This document shows, one piece after another, positions 34,483-42,977 of a DNA stretch of 42,977 nucleotides. The stretch comes from an uncultured Candidatus Bathyarchaeia archaeon (GTDB taxonomy: Archaea; Thermoproteota; Bathyarchaeia; RBG-16-48-13; GCA-020345945). The translations under genes were made by a program, and so were the position numbers. The notes beneath the pieces are model-generated. The model had not been told where the DNA came from. It ran no database searches and saw nothing but the letters and a program-made list of their open reading frames with translations. The stretch is taken from assembly GCA_964495315.1 (NCBI GenBank), contig CAZBVH010000003.1:5121-48097 (forward strand), given 5' to 3'. Numbering within the stretch: position 1 is the first letter of the stretch; the number at the start of each line of letters is the position of its first letter.

Positions 34483-36297
34483 TCATCGAGGATGGAGGTC
34501 GAGGAATTCGTCCAAGAGGTTCCGCGCCTTCCTTAGCCGATGGACCACGCGATTCCTCCTCCTGGTCAGTTGATTCAGGAGGAAGCTGTACTCGTCACTT
34601 GCCTCTTCAAGGCTTTGCAGGTCTCGAACTGACGAGAGGTCAGGAAGATGCGGTGCGGGAACGGCAGGGTCATGTTCGAATCTTCCCTCTCGCACATAGG
34701 CCAACGGGATGAGGATGCGCCCCATGCGAACCATCGTCCGGTTGATATCATCAATCATCTCTCCATCCCGCTGGATCACTCCCCCCTCTCCTGTAGCGTA
34801 GAAGGCTTCCAAGCGGCCACTGAGCATTGAGAGTTCATGGAGAACAGGATTGAGATCAAACCTGCCACCAGCTTCGTCTGAGTACCGTTGAGCATACTCG
34901 AGAGATTCAGCTACGGTCCTTCGGAAGTCAAACGGGTAGACCTCAGAGTTCAGAACCCGGAGAAGCGTGATCAGATATACTTTGATGTCTCTGAGCAAGT
35001 TGTCCTTGTCAGCTATCTCGATGGTGTCCGCTTCCGTGTGCCACTCGATGTTCCCTCCGCAGCCCCCGACAGCGTAGAGCCCCTTCTCACGGGCAACCCC
35101 CTTCGGGATATTAGAGAGCAGCATGTAGAATGAGGTTATTCCGATGTTGTTGAATGAGTAGTCTCCTGCCTTGATGGGACGTACTCTCTCAGCCTCGGCG
35201 CCAGTCACATCTTTGATCGCACTCTTGCAGAGCTTCTCAGCCTCCGCCATCATCATCACCTCATCGTACGAGGTGGCCCACCTGCAGCCCGGGGAGTCGC
35301 AGTTCACCTGGGCCACACAGTTCTCGGCAAGGTCTATCCCGAAGTTATCACAGTACCAGGTGGAACCCGCATAACGTCCGGTGGAGTGACCCGGCCACCA
35401 GGCTATCCGGAGGCTTCGCTCGATCCTGTCCCTATGTCTGTTGAAGACCCTGGCGATCTCCAACATAGCCGCATCCCCAACAGCGTTATCGCCGACCCCG
35501 TAGTGCCAGGAGTCGTAGTGTCCATGCAGGAGGATGAAACTATCAGGATCCTTCGATCCTCTGATTTCGGCGACCGGGATGAGGCATCTCTTCCAACCTT
35601 CGTCTAGCCGAGTCGTAATCCTTACGCGGAGATTCCCTCCTTCAGCCTTCTTCCTCAGGTGCTCACCGCCGATCCTGTTCACGCTTGCCAGAGGAGTCCC
35701 AGGCTTGGTGCCGATGTTATCTAGCGTCGGGGTCCCCCATATCGGGGTTGATATACCATCGTGAATCCTCTCCCCCGGGTGGATCGTGATCTGCCCTATT
35801 GCTCCATTCTCTTCAAAGTACCGAACGGCCTCGGGCATTATTGATAGACCTTCAGTCAGAACTATTCGCCCCCGCACATCGATGTCTCTCCGCGCCTTCA
35901 TGTCAAAGAGATCGGTGGTGCCCCGTGCCCGCTCCGATGGGACGTAGACAACATCGCCCTCAACGCTTCCAGAGGCGGAGAAAGACGGGCACTTCGCCTG
36001 GATTGACTCCTCCCCTGGAGCAACGACCCTTACCTCAGCAGAAAGCGGGATGCTGAGGTAGAGCCTCGGCTCATACAATTGTACGTTTACGCCCCATTCC
36101 CGAAGCTTCCTCACGAGGATAGACGCCGCTTTTCTCTCATCTTCACTACCGGAGACCCTGACAAGCTTGGAAAACTCCTGAACAACCTCCCATGGTTCTT
36201 CTATGGATACCTCTTCCAACAGTAGGTCCTTAAGTCTGGAAAGCTCATCTTCTTTCAAACAGAACACCCAGATTTGGCTGAGTTCGCCACGGATCAA
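34483..36297 (-). CDS. M28-family metallopeptidase with PA domain
   Basis: LLHGHYDSWHYGVGDNAVGDAAMLEIARVF (Zn ligands H/D and the DNA-x-G analogue), and later NIEWHTEADT. About 600 aa. The start (TTG 36297) is uncertain. Confidence 0.75.
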   Translation of the reverse strand: MIRGELSQIWVFCLKEDELSRLKDLLLEEVSIEEPWEVVQEFSKLVRVSGSEDERKAASILVRKLREWGVNVQLYEPRLYLSIPLSAEVRVVAPGEESIQAKCPSFSASGSVEGDVVYVPSERARGTTDLFDMKARRDIDVRGRIVLTEGLSIMPEAVRYFEENGAIGQITIHPGERIHDGISTPIWGTPTLDNIGTKPGTPLASVNRIGGEHLRKKAEGGNLRVRITTRLDEGWKRCLIPVAEIRGSKDPDSFILLHGHYDSWHYGVGDNAVGDAAMLEIARVFNRHRDRIERSLRIAWWPGHSTGRYAGSTWYCDNFGIDLAENCVAQVNCDSPGCRWATSYDEVMMMAEAEKLCKSAIKDVTGAEAERVRPIKAGDYSFNNIGITSFYMLLSNIPKGVAREKGLYAVGGCGGNIEWHTEADTIEIADKDNLLRDIKVYLITLLRVLNSEVYPFDFRRTVAESLEYAQRYSDEAGGRFDLNPVLHELSMLSGRLEAFYATGEGGVIQRDGEMIDDINRTMVRMGRILIPLAYVREGRFEHDPAVPAPHLPDLSSVRDLQSLEEASDEYSFLLNQLTRRRNRVVHRLRKARNLLDEFLDLHPR

Positions 36298-36461
36298 TAG
36301 TGCAAGATCTCGATTTCAAAGCAAGGACGATCCGGATGGCTTCACTATTCGCTCACTGTTATTGATTCAATGTGAATACAACTTTTGTCCTCTAAACATT
36401 CTCTTGATACTTCATCCCGCAGAGAAAGGTGAGAGTAGGGGAATGCTGTTGTAGGTTTGAG

Positions 36462-37214
36462 TCAGGTCTTCGGGAATGGTGGTTCACCAATTATCTCCTT
36501 CGAGAGTTCAAATGCTTTCTTGACTTCCTCACTTTCTCCCTTGAGGAGGAAGGTTCTTGATCCTTCAGCACCGTTCACCCCGCCGCCGCCTATGTTGACC
36601 ACCGAGACCCCGGTCAAGACCTTAAATGCCTCTATCTCGGTGACCACCTTTCCTGTAACGGGCATCATCCCAATCTTAATGCCAGTAGACAGATCAACCC
36701 GATCAATCCCTAGCTCTTTCACAATATCCTGTATAGGAGTTGGGACAAGCTTCTCCAAACCGACGGGCACGATGAAGTTGACACCTCTAGCCATCAACGC
36801 TCCTATCGAGAGACCTATAGTTCCCGAGGTGTCGGAGCCGACGTAGATGCCCGCCACCCCGAAGAAATCGAGGGCATTCGCACCCTTAATCAACACGTCA
36901 TTTCCGCGTATCCTTTGAACCGCCTCTTCAAGACTCAGATCCACGACCTTGCCTTTCTCAACGATCACGTCCGGAATCTGCCTCTCCGGCGGAGGCGCAC
37001 CGCCCAGAACCCCCGGGAGAACAACACCCCTCCTGAAGTTCGCTTTATCGATCGGTTTACCAAGTATCTCCTCGGCCACATAGCTGTTTGTGGTTCCTTT
37101 TATGATCACAACGAGACCCGATTTCAGCGCCTCCCGGACTTCGGGAAGCGCGGCTACACCTTTCCCTATGAGACGCTTACACTCAGAGGAGGTCAAGACA
37201 ACCAGAGCCTTCAA
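36462..37214 (-). CDS. conserved hypothetical protein, NagB/RpiA/eIF2B-like fold suspected
   Basis: NDVLIKGANALDFFGVAGIYVGSDTSGTIGLSIGALMARGVNFIVPVGLEKLVP resembles the eIF2B/RpiA-type pattern D-V-L-x-G-A-x-x-I...G-T...A...G-x-P-x-x-V. This is fold-level only. Confidence 0.4.
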   Translation of the reverse strand: MKALVVLTSSECKRLIGKGVAALPEVREALKSGLVVIIKGTTNSYVAEEILGKPIDKANFRRGVVLPGVLGGAPPPERQIPDVIVEKGKVVDLSLEEAVQRIRGNDVLIKGANALDFFGVAGIYVGSDTSGTIGLSIGALMARGVNFIVPVGLEKLVPTPIQDIVKELGIDRVDLSTGIKIGMMPVTGKVVTEIEAFKVLTGVSVVNIGGGGVNGAEGSRTFLLKGESEEVKKAFELSKEIIGEPPFPKT

Positions 37215-37300
37215 CAGTCGTCACCGAGAAGAACCCTTTACAGATCCATCCTTATAGCTGATTCCCAAGTCTACCTCGCATCGGATCAGGTTGGCAAGGC

Positions 37301-38839
37301 TCAAACTAGCCCGAGAGATTCAGCATCCTCAACGTACAAGTCCTTGATGCGACTGTACATCTTCCGATAGATGGAATAGAACTTCGCGTAGGTCCTATGA
37401 GCCTCCGGTCTCGGTTCAGTGGTCTCCTCGACCTCTATCCACGCCCTCAACGTCTCGAAATCATGGAAGGTCCCTGTTCCGTAGCCAGCTAGGTAAGCTC
37501 CACCGTACGGAGCCCCCGGAGTTTTTGAGATGTAGTGTTGAGGTACTTCTGTGACGTCACTGACTATCTGTCTCCAGAGCCTACTCCGAGCGCCTCCATC
37601 GACAGCAAAGATCTTGGTCGGCATCGCATTCAACTCCCTCAGAATCTCAATATGATGATTCAGACCATAGGCGACAGCCTCCAGCGCAGCTCTGTAGACA
37701 TGGGCTCTCGTATGGCTCAGTAGAAGACCGAAGATAATCCCTCGGGCGAGAGGATCAAATATGGGTGTCCTTTCACCGGCGAAGTAGGGCAGAATTATTA
37801 CTCCTTCTGAGCCAGGGGGCACCTTGGATGCTTGGCTGTCGAGCGCCTGGTAGGCGCTCACTCCGCCCTGTCTCTCTGCAGCCTTCTCCAGTGGAGCGAA
37901 CTCGTCCCTGAACCACTTGATGATGGCTCCGGAGGTGGCCATGGCAGCCCCGACGAGTACATACTTTCCAGGAATGGCGTTCACAGCATTCATGAGGCGG
38001 GGATCAGGGACCAGTCTATCGGTACAGATGAGTAGTACTCCTGTTGTTCCGTAGAAGAATACGGACTCCCCATTCTCGGTCACCCCGGCGCTTAGCATTG
38101 ATGCTACACCATCGCAACATCCAGCAATCACAGGTGTTCCGCAGGCGAGACCTGTCTCGGCAGCAGCCTCACTGGTAACCTCGCCTACAACCTCATGCGC
38201 CGGGCAGGCGTGGGGCAACTTTTCCAAAGAGACCTCAGCCAAATCTACCAACTCCGCATCCCATTTGAGATTCCTAGAATCGAAGAGCCCAGACATGCTG
38301 GCAACAGTATAGTCTTGGGAGTATTCGCCTGTCAGCTTCATCACAACGTAGCTATGTCCACTGAGAAACTTGAACGTCCGATCCCAATTCCTAGGCTCAT
38401 TCCTCTTGATCCACAACATCTTGGGCCAAGTACTCTGAGTTGAGATCACGTTGCCAGTGGTATCCAGGCTCCTATTGTCCCCTATCGACTCTTTTCCTAC
38501 CCTAATCTCATCGACAGGCCTGACATCCGCATACAATATCCCAGGCCTCACTGGTCTACCGTCCTTGTCTACAGCAGCAACATCTGGACACAGACCGCTA
38601 ACACAGATCCCTACCACGTCAGCGGAGTCGACTTGAGAATCCTTCAGTATTCTGGCAGTTATCTTCACAAAGTCCCCCCACCAGACTTCTTCAGGGTCGT
38701 GTTCAGCCCACCCTGATCTCGGTCGGCTTACGTCATGCTCCGCATATCCTTCCGCTAGGATTCTGCCCTCCGTATCTATCAGGACACCTTTGGAGCCGGA
38801 TGTTCCGATGTCCACCCCTAAAAGAAGAGATCCTCCCAT
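37301..38839 (-). CDS. FGGY-family carbohydrate kinase (xylulokinase/glycerol-kinase-like)
   Basis: LLGVDIGTSGSKGVLID...GWAEHDPEEVWW and the C-terminal FAVDGGARSRLWRQIVSDV. 512 aa. Confidence 0.85.
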   Translation of the reverse strand: MGGSLLLGVDIGTSGSKGVLIDTEGRILAEGYAEHDVSRPRSGWAEHDPEEVWWGDFVKITARILKDSQVDSADVVGICVSGLCPDVAAVDKDGRPVRPGILYADVRPVDEIRVGKESIGDNRSLDTTGNVISTQSTWPKMLWIKRNEPRNWDRTFKFLSGHSYVVMKLTGEYSQDYTVASMSGLFDSRNLKWDAELVDLAEVSLEKLPHACPAHEVVGEVTSEAAAETGLACGTPVIAGCCDGVASMLSAGVTENGESVFFYGTTGVLLICTDRLVPDPRLMNAVNAIPGKYVLVGAAMATSGAIIKWFRDEFAPLEKAAERQGGVSAYQALDSQASKVPPGSEGVIILPYFAGERTPIFDPLARGIIFGLLLSHTRAHVYRAALEAVAYGLNHHIEILRELNAMPTKIFAVDGGARSRLWRQIVSDVTEVPQHYISKTPGAPYGGAYLAGYGTGTFHDFETLRAWIEVEETTEPRPEAHRTYAKFYSIYRKMYSRIKDLYVEDAESLGLV

Positions 38840-39015
38840 ACTTGTCCCCGAATCGATCTATGAGCGGAGTCGGCTTTAGTTTTTCGTCTACCATAATAGG
38901 CAGTGCTGTGCAGATCTAGAGAACTTGAAGAGCAAACAGAGGCTCCGTCCGAAGAGTCAGAGGAGATAGCCCGTTGGAGCAAAACAAGAGGTTCAAAGCC
39001 AGAACAGAAACCGGC

Positions 39016-39717
39016 ATGCCAACCACCGATCCACATGAAGCCCTTACCAAGGTTCGAAGAATGCTAGAGAGACAGACAGATACCGATAGTACTGCACTGA
39101 GAGAGATAGGTTCGAGAAGGAGAGAAAATCCCTTTGAGGTCCTAATCTCGACAATACTCTCCCAGAGGACGAGAGACGAGAACACCCGAAGAGCATATTC
39201 CGCACTCTTCAGAGTCTACAAAGATGCGGATGACCTAGCTGAAGGTAATCTTAAGGTCATAGAGCGACTGATAAGGCCTGCAGGATTCTACAAGGTAAAG
39301 GCACGCAAGATAAAGGAGGTTGCAACAATAATCTCCCAAAGGTACGGAGGAGAGGTCCCTCAAAGCTTTGAGGATCTACTCCACCTTCCGGGCGTCGGAA
39401 GAAAGACGGCGAACTGTGTGCTCGTCTACGCGTTCGGCAAGCCGGCGATCCCCGTAGATACACATGTCCACAGGATCTCAAACAGGATCGGATTGGTGGA
39501 GACAAAAAGCCCGGAGCAGACAGAGTTGAGGTTGAGGGAGATTATAGACAGAAGATACTGGCTAGATCTCAACGAGCTGTTCGTCAGATTTGGACAAGAG
39601 ATCTGCAAACCAATCGGACCTAGATGCGCAGTGTGCGACCTGAAAGCCACCTGCAAGTACTACAATGAAGTTGTATCCCAGGCAGCCACTCCGAGGCGGC
39701 GGAGAAGCAGAGAATAA
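39016..39717 (+). CDS. nth: endonuclease III (DNA-(apurinic/apyrimidinic site) lyase / glycosylase)
   Basis: NPFEVLISTILSQRTRDENT, HhH LPGVGRKTANCVL, PVDTHVHRISNRIGL, and Fe-S loop CKPIGPRCAVCDLKATC. Start taken at ATG 39016. Confidence 0.9.
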   Translation: MPTTDPHEALTKVRRMLERQTDTDSTALREIGSRRRENPFEVLISTILSQRTRDENTRRAYSALFRVYKDADDLAEGNLKVIERLIRPAGFYKVKARKIKEVATIISQRYGGEVPQSFEDLLHLPGVGRKTANCVLVYAFGKPAIPVDTHVHRISNRIGLVETKSPEQTELRLREIIDRRYWLDLNELFVRFGQEICKPIGPRCAVCDLKATCKYYNEVVSQAATPRRRRSRE

Positions 39718-39792
39718 GCAGACAACTCACATATTCATCTTTGGACAGCCGAGTAAACTCGTGAATAGCGCGAGGGTTAGAACTTGGTGGGA

Positions 39793-41049
39793 ATGTCAGG
39801 AGCATCTGCAGAGACCTGCCTCATTTGCAAGACAAGTAGGCTTCTCTGTGGAAGATCTAGGTGTCCTCTCATTGAGAAATGGAATGCGCTGGCCCCTATA
39901 AAGGAGATCAAGCTGGGTGAGGAGTTGACGGGAGCTTCACCGCCCAGTCTGTTCGTCGGTCAGCAAGGGTACCCAAGCGTCCTGACAGGTCCCCTCCTAC
40001 CCCCATTGTCGTTCGGACGAGAGACACGCATCCTTGATGAGCCCGAGCTGTGGTATGGCACACCCCTGAGTGAGATTGTCAAGTATCGTTCGATACTTGT
40101 CCGATCTTCAAAGAGGACGTATGTGAGAAACCTTGAGTTCCCTCTGATTCAGAAATGCCATGAACTCGCGATGGCTTCGAAACCAGTTGAGGTAGAGGTT
40201 AGATTCGAGAAGCCACCTAGAACGACTATAGAGTTTGATGTCTCATCGCAACCCTGGGGGCCGATCGGTACAACTAGAGATTTCCGCATCACCGAGAATC
40301 CTGTGGCGGTCAGAAGCATAGAGAGAGCCTACTATGACGGCGATCTCAAGGCGAGGAACGCGATAGAGGATCTATACGGTTCAGGCGTGACCGTCAACCA
40401 GCTTCAGAGAGTCCTCTCCGCAGGTATGCTCGGGCTTAAGCGTAACCGGAGGCTTGTCCCCACTAGATGGGCAATCACTGCCACCGACGACATGATAGGG
40501 AAGGGGCTGCTAAGGAGGGTGAAGGACTACCCAGAGATAAGCAGTTACCAGGTCTTCCAGTCTCACTACCTCGACAACCACTTCTACATTCTCCTCGTCC
40601 CGAGCAGCTGGATGTTTGAGCAGAATGAGGCTTGGTACCCTGGATCAGCATACGTGCTCGGAGACCGAGCAGTGGTAGTCTCAGACTACGAGTTCGGCGA
40701 TGGGAGAAAAGAGTACGCGACTAGGACGGCTGGAGCATACTACGCGGCGAGGCTTGCTTCACTCGAGTATCTTGAAAAGGTAAGGAGGCAGGCTGGGGTC
40801 GTGGTCTTCAGAGAGGTTAGAAGCGGATACATAGTTCCACTTGGGGTCTGGCAGATAAGGGAGAACGTAAGACAAGCGTTCAGGGAAAGACCCGCTGAGT
40901 TCTCAAGCCTTCAAGACGCTTTGGCACTCATCAAGCCTAGTCTCAGGATTCCCATCGAGGAATGGACCCATCAAAGCAAGATAATCGACAGGATAATCCA
41001 TCAAAGAACACTACTTGCCTACTTCAAGAGAAGGATTGGTAAGGAATAG
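39793..41049 (+). CDS. nreA: Nre-family (DUF650/DUF651) archaeal DNA-repair protein with C-terminal PIP box
   Basis: N-terminal Cys cluster CLICKTSRLLCGRSRCPL, then SPPSLFVGQQGYPSV. The C-terminal QRTLLAYF (41002-41025) fits Qxx[LIM]xx[FY][FY]. Confidence 0.65.
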   Translation: MSGASAETCLICKTSRLLCGRSRCPLIEKWNALAPIKEIKLGEELTGASPPSLFVGQQGYPSVLTGPLLPPLSFGRETRILDEPELWYGTPLSEIVKYRSILVRSSKRTYVRNLEFPLIQKCHELAMASKPVEVEVRFEKPPRTTIEFDVSSQPWGPIGTTRDFRITENPVAVRSIERAYYDGDLKARNAIEDLYGSGVTVNQLQRVLSAGMLGLKRNRRLVPTRWAITATDDMIGKGLLRRVKDYPEISSYQVFQSHYLDNHFYILLVPSSWMFEQNEAWYPGSAYVLGDRAVVVSDYEFGDGRKEYATRTAGAYYAARLASLEYLEKVRRQAGVVVFREVRSGYIVPLGVWQIRENVRQAFRERPAEFSSLQDALALIKPSLRIPIEEWTHQSKIIDRIIHQRTLLAYFKRRIGKE

Positions 41050-41229
41050 AGACCTAGCCCTTCTGACGGACAAGGTCGAGGGCTGAGTACGTATCAGTAA
41101 CGCCTAGTCGGTTAAGGAACAAGTAGATGGAAGCCTCTTGATCTAGGTCTACTCAAACTAGCTGAGGAGCTAGCAGTCTGAGACCAGCCTAGACGGAAGA
41201 ATGGGTTTCGCTGAGGCGAGCATGGATCC

Positions 41230-41784
41230 TCAGAAGAATATGGAGACTATCCCGGACAGAATAAACGCCAGACCCGCCAACTTTCTCAGACGCGAGATAG
41301 AGATGAAGCGGTAGAGTTGGCTGCCAACAACAAGAGACAACAGAGTGACGACACCCAGAGAGACTAATGCACCTGCAAGCACAGGAAGCGGCGACCCATA
41401 TTCCGCCGCAAGCAAGCCTACTGCGATCTGGGTCTTATCTCCCATTTCTGAGAAAAGAACAAGGCTGAATGTCTGCAGGAAAGGCGCCCCTGTCTTCCTC
41501 GACTTCTCTTCCCCGTCCTCTCTCTGGATCAGATAGTAGATCCCAAGCGATAAGAATAGAAGACCTGAGATGACCCGAATAGTCTCATGAGAAATCAGCT
41601 TTGAAAGGAATTCTCCAGACAAAACGGCAATAGAGTCCGCGATGAGAAAGGCGAGCATGGCTCCCACTATGACACTGAGCTGCCTCTTGCTTTGGGAGCT
41701 GAGAGCAAGAATAGCTAGTTGAGTCTTGTCTCCGATCTCAGAGAGACCCACAAGCAGCAACGAGGCCATGAAACTCTCAGACAT
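41230..41784 (-). CDS. UPF0016 (GDT1/TMEM165) family cation transporter
   Basis: Two internal repeats each carry ExGDKT (LSEIGDKTQLA, FSEMGDKTQIA). 6 TM, 184 aa. Confidence 0.85.
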   Translation of the reverse strand: MSESFMASLLLVGLSEIGDKTQLAILALSSQSKRQLSVIVGAMLAFLIADSIAVLSGEFLSKLISHETIRVISGLLFLSLGIYYLIQREDGEEKSRKTGAPFLQTFSLVLFSEMGDKTQIAVGLLAAEYGSPLPVLAGALVSLGVVTLLSLVVGSQLYRFISISRLRKLAGLAFILSGIVSIFF

Positions 41785-41900
41785 GTATTCAACCTATCCA
41801 AGCTGGAATGGATTGTGGCTCAGTATGAAGAAGCAAATAATCGGCGATGATCGACTGTGACACTTGATTACGGTCCCCTCTTGCATACAGGAACTTCCCC

Positions 41901-42402
41901 CTAAGAGAAGGATTCATGGAGTTGAAGTTTTCGGTTTCCAGCACTTGCGGAAAGGAGGCTAGGGAAACCTATAACGCGGCAACACCTCGACCAGTTCATC
42001 GAGGTTTGAACCCATCTCAGGAATCGACAGTTCCTTCTTTGACAGGACACCCATCCACGGCAAGCCTCGGCCAGAAGCTCTGCCTGCTCGCTCATTGTAC
42101 CGCGAACTTTGACCACCTCAGCGCAATACATGGCGATCTGAATTAGCTTGGCAGTAGGGGCTGAGGGAGGCACTATGACATAACTCTTCAAACCCGCCTT
42201 AGCCGCATATGCCCCCACAGAGCAGGCTGCATTACCGGTAGATACAATGCGAACGCTGTCTTAGGAAGACCCTCCCTAGCTCTCTCGTAGTCGTATTCAA
42301 CCTTGAGAGGACCACCGCATTCCTTGCATCGGTACAGGTCAGGCTGAGGAGGCATACGTCTGCCACAGTTGATGCAATACAGATTCTGAACGTAAGAAGT
42401 CG
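41901..42402 (-). pseudogene. thrC: threonine synthase remnant (internal deletion, frameshifts, no start)
   Basis: Minus-strand frames give LYCINCGRRMPPQPDLYRCKECGGPLKVEYDYERAREGLPK (the ThrC N-terminal zinc ribbon), followed directly in another frame by RIVSTGNAACSVGAYAAKAGLKSYVIVPPSAPTAKLIQIAMYCAEVVKVRG. About 95 codons between them, including the PLP-lysine GSFKDRG block, are missing. The C-terminal two thirds are also absent. Confidence 0.65.
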
Positions 42403-42511
42403 TTTACTTCACCAGCTTTTCTCAGCTTGGAAATGTCCTTGGTTCCTCTTAGGAGCTTCAATCGGGGTACAAAGAGCCGGCATTACCTATGTTCTTCCCC
42501 AGGATTCCGGG

Positions 42512-42977
42512 CTAGATGGAGGCCCCCAGCACTAGCAAAGATGCCAGACATAACAGAGCGTTCGCAATCTTACTGTTACTTTTGAACTTTGCAAGACGAA
42601 AGTCGCACCTGTGACCCAGGAAGAAGCTGAGAGATCTCCCCCAGGTCCTCACGCCTTGGAAGGTGATGGCGTCGGACAACCAGTGAGAAAACGTGCAGAA
42701 GAACCCCACTAAGGGTGAAGTCCGAAGCAGCATAGCTAACAAAGGGAATAAGACTAGGACCGAGATCAGGCTGTGGGTGAGCCCACACCTATGATCCAAT
42801 GCGCCTTTGAGGAAGAGGTCTATGTCCGGGAGGACGCCGAGCATGGCACCCTCAAGAAGCAAGAAGAGGCTTCCAGGGGCCCCGACATGGAGGAGAATGG
42901 GAAAGGATGAGAAAGGGTCGAGGAAACCCAGCGCTAACCTTATTCCTGAAGGAGTGCGAACCCAAGCTGCACCCAGT
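42512..42977 (-). CDS. membrane-bound metal-dependent hydrolase (DUF457/YdjM-like), possibly running off the window
   Basis: LGVLPDIDLFLKGALDHRCGLTHSLISVLVLFPLL is the DUF457 signature. The track ORF starts at TTG 42862, but the frame stays open to the window end (…HVGAPGSLFLLLEG). Confidence 0.55.
   Translation of the reverse strand, partial: LGAAWVRTPSGIRLALGFLDPFSSFPILLHVGAPGSLFLLLEGAMLGVLPDIDLFLKGALDHRCGLTHSLISVLVLFPLLAMLLRTSPLVGFFCTFSHWLSDAITFQGVRTWGRSLSFFLGHRCDFRLAKFKSNSKIANALLCLASLLVLGASI

Noticed and set aside
1-42977. Looked for CRISPR arrays, rRNA/tRNA genes, IS elements or terminal inverted repeats, and integrase/transposase ORFs.
   Set aside because: I saw no regularly spaced short repeats, no canonical T-arm/acceptor arrangements and no transposase-like ORFs. 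The only sizeable repeat is the LarA tandem duplication. A proper tRNAscan/Rfam/ISfinder run could still find small elements I missed.

Overview
The window looks like an ordinary archaeal chromosomal segment of about 45 genes, dense on both strands. The archaeal call rests on gene content: MtrH-like methyltransferase, tungsten-type aldehyde:ferredoxin oxidoreductase, Nre repair protein, pantoate-kinase-like GHMP kinase and a CxxC-x17-CxxC mini zinc finger. GGAGG/GGTGA ribosome-binding sites and TATA-like boxes agree. A Bathyarchaeia/Thermoproteota-like origin is my inference only.

I found no rRNA, tRNA, CRISPR array, transposase or integrase by eye.

Recognisable content: two MFS transporters, AOR, ArsR, an SDR epimerase, fused GMP synthase, a radical SAM enzyme, a gamma-carbonic-anhydrase-like protein, HAD, cyclase, a tartrate/D-malate-dehydrogenase-like enzyme, DUF72, an alpha/beta hydrolase, MscS, an M28 peptidase, an FGGY kinase, endonuclease III, Nre and a UPF0016 transporter.

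Most interesting:
- Two separate corrinoid methyl-transfer modules. One is MtrH-like + corrinoid protein + Zn-type UroD-family methyltransferase. The other is a UroD-family protein with H-S-D-G where H-x-C-G is expected, plus a corrinoid protein, colinear with an ECF-S-like membrane protein and a GHMP kinase.
- A 1355-bp tandem duplication giving two 416-aa LarA-family (nickel-pincer racemase-like) paralogs, each with its own copy of the promoter and SD.
- A triplicated ~15-bp direct repeat in the divergent mtrH-like promoter region, whose best copy recurs exactly in a second divergent intergenic region.
- Several decayed genes: threonine synthase, rubrerythrin, an FtsX-type permease and possibly an HhH glycosylase-like gene.

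All family calls come from motif recognition by eye, not from database searches.
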